From Raja brachyura (taxonomy: Eukaryota), in assembly GCA_963514005.1 (NCBI GenBank), contig OY740790.1, forward strand, positions 48,918,001-48,982,000: a stretch of 64,000 nucleotides of DNA, written 5' to 3'. This document shows, in pieces, positions 7,369 through 17,679 of the stretch. The first letter of the stretch is position 1. The number at the start of each line of letters is the position of its first letter. The position numbers were made by a program, and so were the translations under genes. Below the pieces are notes generated by a model. That model worked only from the letters and a program-made list of their open reading frames with translations, was not told where the DNA came from and did no database searches.

Positions 7369-9056
7369 GCTGGCCGCTGAGGGCCTAGTCCTAAAAAAGG
7401 CCTGGGCTGATGAGGCTGTTGATATTGAGGAGGTGCCGGAACGTAGGTCCTTGTTGGCCTATCGGTCTGACCTCGTGGCCTGAAGTAAGGTGTCTTCTTG
7501 GCCGAAGGTCTGGCCACAAAATGTGGTCTCATCAGACCTATGGTTTTCGCATGGTCATCGAGCTCTTTGACCTGCTTTGGGAGGTCTTCCCCGAACAGCT
7601 GTCTAGGTGGGGGGGTAGGAGGTGCTCTGCATAGTCCCGCAAATTTGGGATTTAAGGAAGGTTTGATAATGCTCTTCCGGAAAGCGTTGATCTCGTACTG
7701 CGTATTGCAGAGTAGAGCTAGAGCATCCTCCTGTTCGGTGCTTAGATCAACCCCATCTACCGACTTTGCAAAAGCGGTGATCCCAGACGTAAGCAGTTTT
7801 AAAATCCTCTGCAGTTTCACTTCCTGCGCTCTGATGCCCGGGCTGATATTACCCCAGATTGGCATGTTCACAATCGGCACGTGGAGTGAATTGCAGTTCC
7901 CTGGAGCCTTGTGTCTCTCCATGGCCTTCGCAAGGACCTCCTCCTGCAATTGATGGTTAGTAAGATAATCTATGGTTGCGGCCAGTTTGATGTTGAGGGG
8001 TAGTCCTGACGATACGGGTAACCCGAATTTGGCTGCCACATCCAGCAGATCTTCCTGAGGGACCTCAGGTGCTGCTGGGGCATGTACCAGGATATCCTCC
8101 TCATCTGGTCTTATGTTGTCCATAGATGGGGACGGGGATATATCCATGAGTCCCCTGGAGCTGTGTGTGTCCTGTTTCTGATTGAGTAGAACTTGCTCCA
8201 ATATCCTCTCCATACGATCCAAGCGCCCTTCATCGGGCGGGTGTGGGAGGTAAGAGGCCTCGTGCCCGAAGGAACTCCTGAGGCTTCGATCATCAGTCCG
8301 TACCTCGTCGAGGTAATATCGGTACTGTGATGATGTGTCGCTACCAGCCGCCTCGGCGAAGCTGAGCGATTCCCGCGCGGACCTGCTCGAGCGCCTCCTC
8401 TTCGCTGAGCTGGACCCGGCTGCCTCAAAGGGCATGGGTGGGGAGAGGTCGGCACCTGACGCCGCAGCGTGGTGACCCGACGTCCGCACGGGCTTGCCGA
8501 CTGTCCTAAATCTGGACCCAGACGGCGTACGGTCCCGACCTGCCCCCAGCGGGGGAAGCGGTGACCTAGGCGAGGCTCCACCCTTGTGACTCCTCCTGGT
8601 CCCCCTGGGTGGTGAGTCGACACTGGCCCTCCTTGGTCTGCCAGTGGACTCGGGCCTGCCTGATTCACCAGACCACTTCCTAGTGGCTCCTGGTGAGACC
8701 TCAACCCGCGAAGGGCTAGGTAGTGGAATTGTATCCCTGCCTCCTTCAAGAGGGCTCAGGGAGAAGGGCCGTGCATCAGCACGCGAATCCCTCTTGCTCG
8801 TCTCTGCGAACGACCCAGTGGGTGAGAGAGAGATGGAGTCAGGATGCACCTGCTCCGGCGCTGTACCGACTGATTGTTCTGCAGGTACCCCGCTAGGGCA
8901 TAGCTGCGTCGGTAAACCGGGTCCTGTGAATACAGGGCTCCCCGGCTTGCGCGCCTTTTTCCCGGCCCGTCCTCCTGCCGTGGAGGGGGGCTCCGGGTTG
9001 GGTTGCCGACAACTCCTTGCAGAAGTTTTACGGCCTTTACTTTTCCTACTGTCCAT
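7290..9056 (-). CDS. gag: DIRS ORF1 Gag-like protein (588 aa from the ATG at 9056)
   Basis: First ORF of the element. Low-complexity S/P/R N-terminal half. C-terminal region PGNC..L.VP.VN..IW...LFGEDL..VK is typical of DIRS ORF1. The ORF track's TTG start at 9104 falls within a predicted leader intron; ATG 9056 has a GAC-ATG-G context. Confidence 0.85.
   Translation of the reverse strand: MDSRKSKGRKTSARSCRQPNPEPPSTAGGRAGKKARKPGSPVFTGPGLPTQLCPSGVPAEQSVGTAPEQVHPDSISLSPTGSFAETSKRDSRADARPFSLSPLEGGRDTIPLPSPSRVEVSPGATRKWSGESGRPESTGRPRRASVDSPPRGTRRSHKGGASPRSPLPPLGAGRDRTPSGSRFRTVGKPVRTSGHHAAASGADLSPPMPFEAAGSSSAKRRRSSRSARESLSFAEAAGSDTSSQYRYYLDEVRTDDRSLRSSFGHEASYLPHPPDEGRLDRMERILEQVLLNQKQDTHSSRGLMDISPSPSMDNIRPDEEDILVHAPAAPEVPQEDLLDVAAKFGLPVSSGLPLNIKLAATIDYLTNHQLQEEVLAKAMERHKAPGNCNSLHVPIVNMPIWGNISPGIRAQEVKLQRILKLLTSGITAFAKSVDGVDLSTEQEDALALLCNTQYEINAFRKSIIKPSLNPKFAGLCRAPPTPPPRQLFGEDLPKQVKELDDHAKTIGLMRPHFVARPSAKKTPYFRPRGQTDRPTRTYVPAPPQYQQPHQPRPFLGLGPQRPAWKMRIPHQPRNPAPPRPTKNPRDRR
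7392..7398 (-). promoter_or_regulatory. Candidate -1 ribosomal frameshift heptamer T_TTT_TTA (also TTTTTTAG acceptor-like)
   Basis: In gag phase (CCT TTT TTA GGA). ORF2 is in the -1 frame and open from here. A GGCC-ctcagc-GGCC hairpin lies 6 nt downstream. Confidence 0.6.
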
Positions 9057-9193
9057 GTCTCTGTGGAAGAAAACACAATTATTCACACAGAACAACCAAC
9101 TCAAGGTTGTTAGTACTTACCTGAGTGGCCCTTATGAAGGGCTGGTGATGAGCCGCGCTCCTCTCCAGCCGTCGACTGCAATGCGAGCGACGA

Positions 9194-9259
9194 TATGTCG
9201 CGCATGCGTGCTGGCGGGTTCTTCACGAAGTCACTCACGTGACTCCGAAATGAAATAGT
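9194..9259 (-). repeat. DIRS 5' (left) terminus / left ITR
   Basis: 9194-9229 is inverted relative to 3971-4006. 9220-9259 is inverted relative to the ICR segment 4198-4237. Confidence 0.95.
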
Positions 9260-10981
9260 GATCCCTCGGATGATGGGCTGATTGTTTCCTTATTTGCTGC
9301 AAATTTTCCTAATGCTTTTCTTCATATCTTAGGATATATTCTCTTTGAGGTTAGGCAGAGAAGAACTGCGCTGTTACATAATGAAACTCATTGAAACTAC
9401 AAAAGAGAAACAGACTGTGAAGTTCATGTTTTGCATTTTTTACTCAAGCAGGGGTGTCTCTGTCCTTTTCCATATTCCTCCATTCCCCTTTCATTATCTT
9501 GTTTAACATTCTTAAATATTCTCTACTCTGCTTCTGGCAGTAATGGTAACAATATTTACATGACCTCAAAAACCACAATAAAAAAAGAATATCAATTTTT
9601 ATGTCGTAACTCTTTTACATTTAATCCTTTGCTTAAATCCCTCATTCTTGACTCTTCAATAATTGGAAGCAGTTGTTTTTTTTTATCTGTTCTGTTTTGT
9701 TTCTTTGTTATATTAAACTCTTCTGTGAAATCATCCTTTAATTTCCTCTTTGAATGAAAACAACCCAACTTTCATGTTGTTTTATTGTGTGTGTTTCTTT
9801 GTGAGGCTTGAATATGAGCTGTACCCTTTAAATATACCTCAAGAATCTTTCTACAATGTTAAGCATTAAACTGCACACAGTGAGTGAACTAAGGTTAATA
9901 CAACTTTTGTATTATAGCTTGCTTTTTATGTTTTATGCCTCTTACTATAAGGTCCATCATTCCATTGGTTTCCTTATCCACTTGAGTTTTCGCATGTCAT
10001 GTAAATCCTATCCCTGCGTCCAATGCTCATCAACAACATGAAACTTTCTTATATACGTAGGATAATTCTTTGGTAAAACATACTACCTCATACTTGCTAG
10101 TATTGCTATTCTGATACTGATTTCAAATTTGGTGGTTCTCTCTCTCTAGCCTGGTATCCGAACTATTGATGTATGGAATGAACACGATGCAGTCTGACAG
10201 ACGCACACACATTTTGAAACATGAAATATTTATTGCAGTGAAGGAGCACAAGTGGATGCACTGACGGGAATCAGACATGATCAGAAATTGGTGAACAGGA
10301 CATCTACATCACACAATATTACAGCTGTCTTATGTTATCTGTTGCCTTGATCAGCTATTGTAGTTGCTGGTTTGAAATCGCCGGCCCGCCCCATACATTT
10401 ACCTAACACTAATGAGACTTATTGATTGGAAGTATGGGATTTGTAAAGGTTACAGGGTTAAAGTACATAAAACTGTCTTTTCTGTTGCAGCAGGTTTTCT
10501 GTAATATCGGTTTGGATTGGTCAGTGGGGAGATATTAAAGTTCCCATGCATGAAGACGTAGGCAAGGCACAGTATGATTTGGACTGTTAATTGGCTGCTG
10601 ACCATACCATTGTTTCCTTGGTTCTTCAGGTTGTTGCTAAAGGGTGACATGAAATTAAATACCATGTAGGTAATGTTACATCAGAGTGTTACATGATTAT
10701 CACTAGATTTTAAATGAATTATACTGGTTTTCATAGTGGAAAACCTTGGAAGTTCATTTTTGCGGGCATAGGGTGGCAGAAAGGATGCGTTGTGTGGCTG
10801 AAAAGCTGTTAACCAATATATTATTTAATCTAAGTCAGTTGAGCAAATTGATTGGTCCAGTTATTTACATTTTAGGTTTGAAACCCAGAAATTTCAAGTG
10901 TCACAAAACATGTGAAAAACAGCCAATCATGTTATCCCAACACTTGGCCATGCATTGTCCTGAATATTGATGAATCACACA

Positions 10982-11044
10982 GAGTTACTCCGGCTTTTTG
11001 TGCCTGCTTCGGTTTAAACCAGCATCTGCAGTTCCTTCCTACAC
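10982..11044 (+). mobile_element. Penelope-derived 3' terminal fragment
   Basis: GAGTTACTCCGGCTTTTTGTG..AAACCAGCATCTGCAGTTCCTTCCTACAC matches the family 3' end. Confidence 0.7.
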
Positions 11045-11139
11045 GAGGTGTATTCATTTGCAAAATGTGTGAAATGCTGACTGGTCAATGTTTATGCCTA
11101 TTCCACAATGCCTTGAGAGGGCAGTAATAAAATGTCTTT

Positions 11140-12000
11140 TGAACGATTCCAATCCATCTGGTGAAAAAAAAAACCCAAGAGATCCGGGGCATAGAGTTCC
11201 AGTATTTAGACCCAATGATGATGTGAATCCTGTGATATATTCCCCAATCAGGATGATGTGCAACTTGGAAGTGAACCTGAAGGAATGGTGTTCCCACTTG
11301 CCTGCTGCTTTTGTCCATCTTGGTGGTGGTAATTGCAGGGTTGGTGGATGATATCAGAATAGCCCTGGTGAGCAACTGCCGTGGATTTTGTATATGGTAC
11401 ACACAGCAGTCAATGTGAGCTGGTGGTTGAGGGAAGGCATAATTAAGGAGAAGGAGGGTTATCCATAAGTGGACTGCTTGACCTGGATGGTATTGAATTC
11501 ACCGGGTTGTTGCCGCTGCACTCATCAAGCCAAATGGTGTGCGTTCCATCACACTTCTAACATATACCCTGTAGATGGTGGTCAAAGCCTTTGGATGTCA
11601 AGGGCAGTCATTCTCACCTCACCCCAAGATCTATGTTTGGACCAACACTGCGATAAAGTCTGGAACCAAGTCGTCCTGGTGAAACCAAAAATGAGCTTCA
11701 GTGAGCAGGTTATTGATGAGTAACTGCCATTATGGCAATGTTGATGGTGGCTTCCATCACTCTGTTGGTGACTGAGCATTGACTGATCGGATAGTAATTA
11801 TCCAGATTGGATTTGTCTTGCTTTTTTAAAGGAACAGGATATATTTGGGCAATTATTCGCATTTTGTTGGATTGTAATAATGGTACGGGAATAGCTGGTC
11901 TAGAGGCACAGTTAGCACTGGATGGCAGGTCCTCAGTAGTACATCTGTGATGTAGTCTAGCCCGATAGCCTTTGCTATGCCACAAGTCAACATTGCGCAC
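11140..12000 (-). mobile_element. Decayed non-LTR retrotransposon (RTE-X-like) RT fragment with internal deletion
   Basis: Minus-strand peptides KKQDKSNLDNYYPIS..SV..VME, FGF, EVRMTALDI and GSKYWNSMP. Many frameshifts. Confidence 0.65.
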
Positions 12001-12445
12001 AATTATTAGTAATGACATTGCTGGTTCTCTACTTCACACACACAGGAAATAAATGTTGGCTGATTGATATAGCTACCTGTTATAGTTTTAAACACAACAA
12101 ATGACTATTTGCAAAGATGAGATTTCAGTCAGTTCTTTTCTCATCATCCTGAAAAAAATAGGATGGGGGTAGTGGGGTGGAGGGAAGCAGGAATGCCTGT
12201 TGTGAGATGCCTGCTTAGATTTTCTATCACATTTGCTTCACTCGGCATGTTCTGTCAGCAGCGCTGTCACTTTTGCAATTATTTCAATTCAATGATACTT
12301 TATTGTCACATGTACCTTGGTTAACCCATATCGTGATAATAATCCTCATACGATGACAATTGACAAGGGCAGACATGGATTATCATGAACTAATTAATGG
12401 GCTGAACTTTATCCTGATTGCAATACAAAACGAGCACACCTTATA

Positions 12446-13438
12446 TAGCAATGTTACAAAATTTTGAGATTTAAAAAATCAAGTCTGCAATTTATCCCAT
12501 CAGATAAAGCATAAAAAGAAGTTTAATTTGACACGTAATTCACTTTCATATCTTCAGAATTAAAAAAGTTATGGCCATTTTCATACTCGGAAATTAGCAT
12601 CTTGTTTTTCCATTGACTTCACACAAAAGTTGTGATCGAGGACAGTCAAAAGCCCATAACTTTCTTAAAAATTAAGAGAACTGAAAGAAATGTTCAGTTA
12701 TTATAGATTGAAGCATTCTGAAACAAATATGGAACAATCTTGGATTACCTGAAATTAAAGCATATAATTAGTTAGTTACCCAATTTCTAGATCTAAACAT
12801 CTATCCATTTCTTAAGAAAATATTAACATTTTTTAAAAAGCCTAAGTGTCCAAATAGCATTCACACAAGAATTCACAATATAACATGATTTTTAAATCTC
12901 ATTGTCATTCATTTATAGGCCAAATTGAAGGAATTTAGTGTTTAATGCCCGTAAATGAATGGCCATTTAAAGCAGCTTGCGAGTGGGATTTTATGGAATA
13001 CGATGGATTGGAACGTTGCGGTTGCGGTGAATTTAATCCCCATATAGGCAGGAAAAATACTGCCGGTTCGTATGGGGAATAAATCACCGTTTCGCAACAT
13101 GAAATTTTGATTAAGGTCATCTTAACAAGCAAGTTTATATGTAAAAATAAACGGCTTTCCTTTACCTGTCCCCTACGTGAAATCCGTCCCCGTTGTCGGC
13201 GTTCACGGCATTAGAAGCTAATTTTTATTTTACTCCAGCGCTGAAATTGTCGGGCGATTAAAAAAAATATCGGAACGAATCTTTAGCAAATGCGCGCACC
13301 CCGAGAAAATATAACTCCGGAGGGCAGAGGAAAACCTCATTTTAACCCCGCCTCCCCCCACCTCAAAGGCGCCAAAGTCGCGCACACGGCCAGTGACAGA
13401 ATGCAGCGCCGCTGAAGGTAAGTTTTGTAAAATACCTA
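12446..13438. mobile_element. Non-autonomous DNA transposon, 993 bp, imperfect 19-bp TIRs, 7-bp TSD
   Basis: Left end TAGCAATGTTACAAAATTT vs reverse complement of right end TAGGTATTTTACAAAACTT (15/19). Flanks CCTTATA (12439-12445) and CCTTACA (13439-13445). The right half is CpG-rich, unlike the flanks. Confidence 0.7.
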
Positions 13439-14061
13439 CCTTACATTTACAATGCACCTGTAATGTAATGCCTCTCGGAGTTTTGCAGAGAGAGGGAGTG
13501 GTTAGGCCATTGAGAGATTTGAAAACAAGGATGAGAATTTAAAATCAAGGCGTTTAATTAAATTTGAGGATGAACACAAATAAACAGATTGCAGTGTATG
13601 GAAATCTGGAACTAAAAGAAAATGCTGGAAGGACACAACAGGTCAAACAGTATCTGTGCAGAGAACAGACTAGTTAACTTCTCTGCTGTGGGGTCTATTC
13701 ATTTATTTATCAATTCTACAAATAAGGTGTGAATTGCCAGGAGTTTCATTAAAGCTATTGTTGGCAAAGCAAGCGAATGCAATGTTTGTAACTGTATTGA
13801 TTCAGACAATGTTCAATCCAATTTATTCTGTGAAAAGTTTAGAAATTACCATTACCTTTGCATTTGACCTTGATTTAGTTCAAGATGTTGAGATCTATTT
13901 AATGATTTATTTGTATTCTTTTTCATTTTATTCCATCTTTTCCATTGCCTACAGCAATGCAACTGTAGGTTACATTGCTTCCCAAGTTGTGTATGAGCCT
14001 TTGTCTGGGCTTCTTGGAGGACACCTCTTAAGATAATTGGTGCACCGTCAAAAATAAATAA

Positions 14062-14250
14062 AACTGCATGTGCGGAATCTGAAACAAAACCAGAAATGCT
14101 GGAAGAATTCAGCCAGTCATGCAGCATGACTGGAAAGAGAAGCCAGTCAATGTTTTGGGTCAGAGTGTTGCTGACTGATAAGCCGACTGATTTTCTTTTG
14201 CACAGATGCTGCTTGCCGAGTTTAGTTCTTCCAGGAATTCCTTTTTGTTG
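14062..14250. mobile_element. Older Penelope-derived element, inverted arrangement
   Basis: AACTGCA..GGAATCTGAAACAAAACCAGAAATGCTGGAAG..GCAGCAT is followed by CACAGATGCTGC..TCTTCCAG in the opposite orientation. A similar minus-strand remnant lies at ~13590-13685. Confidence 0.55.
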
Positions 14251-15666
14251 GACCTAGTCATTGAGAACAAAGGTTTTAGCAGCTTCCCTGATATTGTGAC
14301 CAATTTGAATCTGTATTGAAGGAGATCTATGCAATGGAATTCCTCTGTTCCACCAGACCATAGCAGTGGTGGAGCAAGGCAGCTTGTATCTTGTACTACT
14401 TGCACTGAAATTAATTTGGTACTACCAGACTCTGCAATAATTTAATTTCCTATTTTAACGGAGCCCATATACAGAACTGTTCTTTCAACTGCTGGCACAT
14501 CAATAAATATCAGTAGGGCTCTTATCACCTCTCCTCTGAGCCAATGGATAATTGTGGTGGATGAAGAAGTTAGGGTAAAAGTTGCTTAAAATAGCAATTT
14601 TCAGCAAAAACTTCATAAAGTAGAATATGTTTCACTACTTATTTCGTCCACAAGTGATCAGCATGTCTATTCGATCATGAAAAAGTGTGAAGTATCAGAG
14701 CTGTTATGCAGGGTGAGCAATGTGCAGTGCGTTTGACAGTGTGTTACAGGAGTAAGCCCTCAGTACTTCACAACATATCCAATAATCAAAGGGTGAGGAT
14801 TAGGCTGATACCAGCGTGAGCCTCCCAATGCTTTGGCAGACGTGAGTGAGAAACCTGTCAATTAGGACCTGTTCTACTTTAAGGGACATAAAGGATTCTA
14901 TAGGTAGCCTCAATCATTTAAAAATATCTGAACACACTGTGCTTTTACATTTTCTTTGCCTTTTTTGTTCTTTAAAAGAAAATTTATGATTAAAATAAAT
15001 AACATTCTTAATATTCTTTAGAAACTGTAGAGGTATCCAATAATGCTAATCTTTTTTTATCTCATTTTCATAGGCTTTGCATTGTATTATATCAAAGTAC
15101 ACTTTTAATTGACTAAATTGGATTCATTTAATACTTCTAATGATGTTATATTACATGATTTTATCTGAAGTATTAAAACAGTCTGTTAGGATTTTAGCAA
15201 TTAGATAATTGCATCAGTAATTCCTACTGCTGTGTGCTTTCTTCGTGCTGTGTTTACCACAATGCTGTGAAACAGAACCAACCTGCCAGACACTTATAAA
15301 ATGTTTTAATTGAGTGGTGGTAATTATATCATCACATCATCAACATTTGACACAGCAAATGCCCAAATGAGTTGAAAAGAAAACGCAACTGCTGTCGTCC
15401 CATGGTAAGCAGGCCAGTTTAATTACTGATGGTCTTACGATCCAGAGTGAATGTATTAGCTGGTTTCAGTCATGCACATCTGTTTCATTGTTTGCTTTTG
15501 GTGAATGTATGTAGCGGGTGAATTACAGGACAATGATAACCACACATATATCCACATGGCTCATATGCAGGTATTTGTAAAGTGCTCAATGATTACTGTC
15601 GAGGTCAATACCTCTGCTGCCCCACTTTGCTCTGTCCCTCCTTATTTTGTGCAATAGTTCCACCAC

Positions 15667-16055
15667 TTAGACTCATATAGCATGGAAATATGCCGCCCAA
15701 GATGCCCCGTCTAAGCTAGCCCCATTTGCCTGTGTATGGCCAATATTCCTCTAAACCTTTCCTATCCTTGTACCTGTAGAAATATATTTTAATTGTGGTT
15801 TTAGTTCCTGTCTCAACCATCTTCTCTGGCAACTCATTCCATATATTCACCCTCTGAGTGAATACGTTACTCATCAGGTTCCTATTAAATCTTGCCCCTG
15901 TCCTCTGGTTCTTGATTTCCCCAACCTGGATAAAAGACTCCGTGCGTTCACCCTATCAGTTCCCATCATGATTTCCCCATAAGTTCACCACAGCCTCCTG
16001 CGCCCCAAGGAATAAAGTCGTAGCCTGCCCAACCTTTCATTTTTGCTCAGGCCTT
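15667..16055 (-). mobile_element. CR1 LINE 3' fragment
   Basis: CCCATTTGCC..CTCTAAACCTTTCCTATCC..CACCCTCTGAGTGAA..AAGGAATAAAG..CCCAACCT is the reverse complement of the CR1 3' end. Confidence 0.8.
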
Positions 16056-16139
16056 TCAGGTTTAATATCGTTGGCAACAGACCCCAACACACATTGAGAT
16101 ATTTACCATTTTGAGAGTACAATATCATCTCACCTGCCT

Positions 16140-16572
16140 CTCAATTAGCAGTACTTTTGTCTCCAAGATTGCCGGTTCAAGTCCAACACAAGGGATTTGA
16201 GCACAAACATTTAGATAGAAATTGGGGCATGGTATTGGGTGGAGAGTGAGGCAAAACGACCAAAGTTACCATCTTTTGCAAGAAAGGTAAAACATGGTCT
16301 TATCTGGTATCTCACGTGGTAAGAAATAATCCCCTGTCACTATTTCAAAGAATTGCAGAGGGAGCTTTCCCCTGTGAACTGTAAAATATTTGTCCATCAA
16401 TCAACATCAATAAAACAGATTACCAGGTCATTATTACATTACTGTCTGTGGGAAGTTGCTGAACGTAGTTTGATTGCTGTTCTTTCCATATCACAGCAAT
16501 GACTATGATTAAAAAAATACTTTTTTGGCTGACAAGTACTTTGATTGTGAAAAGAGAAATGTAAATGCATCC
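16140..16572 (+). mobile_element. SacSINE1-like DeuSINE, old
   Basis: tRNA-like head with B-box GGTTCAAGTCC. Central ATCCC..CACTATTTCAAAGAA..AATATTT..AACATC..AAAACAGATTA..GGTCATTATTACATT..TGTGGGA. Tail TGTGAAA..TAAATGCA. Confidence 0.7.
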
Positions 16573-17124
16573 TTATTGTCATTTACTGTAGGTATGGCCT
16601 ATATTTCTTGGCTCAACATTGGACAAAATACCCTGATTATTACTTTCTAATGATCTATTAAAAAAACATCCTGCTTAGGACAACGTACTGAAACATATTG
16701 GTAAACTCCCACTGAACTTAATGAGGTTGTTGTCGGAATTAAATGAACAAGATTAGGCACTGTTGTCTACATTTAGAGGTCATTAGTTAAAACATTGCAG
16801 TATAAACATCAAATTGACCCTGGTAATTAATCTTGCCACCCAGGCATGATAAAGAATGAGTAAAAGGCAAAAATGGCCTCTCTTAAAAAAGACACAATCC
16901 TTTCTCATCTTCCACTCTTATTGATTTGTTGGTCGTCTTTTAAAAAAAGATCTAAACAACTGTTTGTACGATTTTCAAAGAAAGCGTATTGAACTATGAT
17001 TAATTAGTGCTCATAATGAAACAAGGCCAGTTAATGGTGCAAAGGCATTGCAGGTATGTGTGCACTATCATGTTGTGTGAAAACCAAAGTGCTGGAGAAA
17101 TACAATGGGTCAAGCAGCACATGG

Positions 17125-17308
17125 TCATACATTATGGAAACAGGTACTTTGGCCCAAATTGCCCACACCGACCACCATATCTCATCTACACTAGTCCCAT
17201 CTGCCTCCGTTTGACCCATATCCCTCTAAACCTTTCCTATGGTTTAACCTGTTCTATCCATGTTCCTATCTAAATATTTCTTAAACATTGCAATAGTATC
17301 TGCTGCTT
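17125..17308 (-). mobile_element. CR1 LINE 3' UTR fragment
   Basis: GGAAACAGG..TTGGCCCA..CTAGTCCCATCTGCC..CCCATATCCCTCTAAACCTTTCCTAT. Confidence 0.7.
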
Positions 17309-17480
17309 CTTGATAGTGCCTGCATCTGTGGAGAGTAAGGACCGACAACTTTTCGGGTCGGGATGCCTCTGTGCATATATGCGTAATGTGCATGTAAGCT
17401 GTGCATATATATACACGTGAGTTACATACTGGTGACATCTGCCACACATTCAGCAGCTAATTCCTGTCTCCTAGGAGGAA

Positions 17481-17605
17481 GAAGGGTCTCGACCCGAAAC
17501 GTCGCCTATCTCCTTCGCTCCTTAGATGCTGCTGCACCCGCTGAGTTTCTCCAGCCTTTTGTGTACCCTCGATTTTCCAGCATCTGCAATTCCTTCTTTA
17601 ACTCA
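17481..17605 (+). mobile_element. Penelope-derived short element with TSD
   Basis: TAGGAGGAA at 17472-17480 and 17606-17614. Begins GAAGGGTCTCGACCCGAAACGTC. Confidence 0.85.
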
Positions 17606-17679
17606 TAGGAGGAACCCATTGGTTTGCTGAGGAAGTTCAACGTGCAGTATGCACTGTGGGCGGTCAAGCTAAGTCGTGT

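Larger units (their letters stand above)
3898..9259 (-). mobile_element. Full-length DIRS1-like tyrosine-recombinase retrotransposon (5,362 bp)
   Basis: Three uninterrupted ORFs (gag, RT/RH/MT, YR). Perfect 36-bp ITR (3971-4006 vs 9194-9229). ICR 4125-4237 is complementary to both termini. AATAGT occurs at both ends (3898-3903, 9254-9259). Confidence 0.97.

Noticed and set aside
8111-9076. Alternative-frame ORFs 8756-9076 and 8111-8749 (same frame, one stop between them) as an overprinted gene; a leader uORF (ATG 9205) would splice into this frame
   Set aside because: Stops are expected to be rare in this GC-rich low-complexity region, the frame is interrupted, and no domain is recognisable. 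Comparison across copies would be needed.
7190-9258. Plus-strand ORFs 7190-7483, 7498-7953 and 8644-9258 as antisense genes
   Set aside because: They are shadows of the GC-rich gag/pol ORFs with no recognisable motifs.
3898-9259. Ngaro/PAT-type element with split direct repeats
   Set aside because: The terminal repeats are inverted and there is an ICR, which is the DIRS1 architecture.
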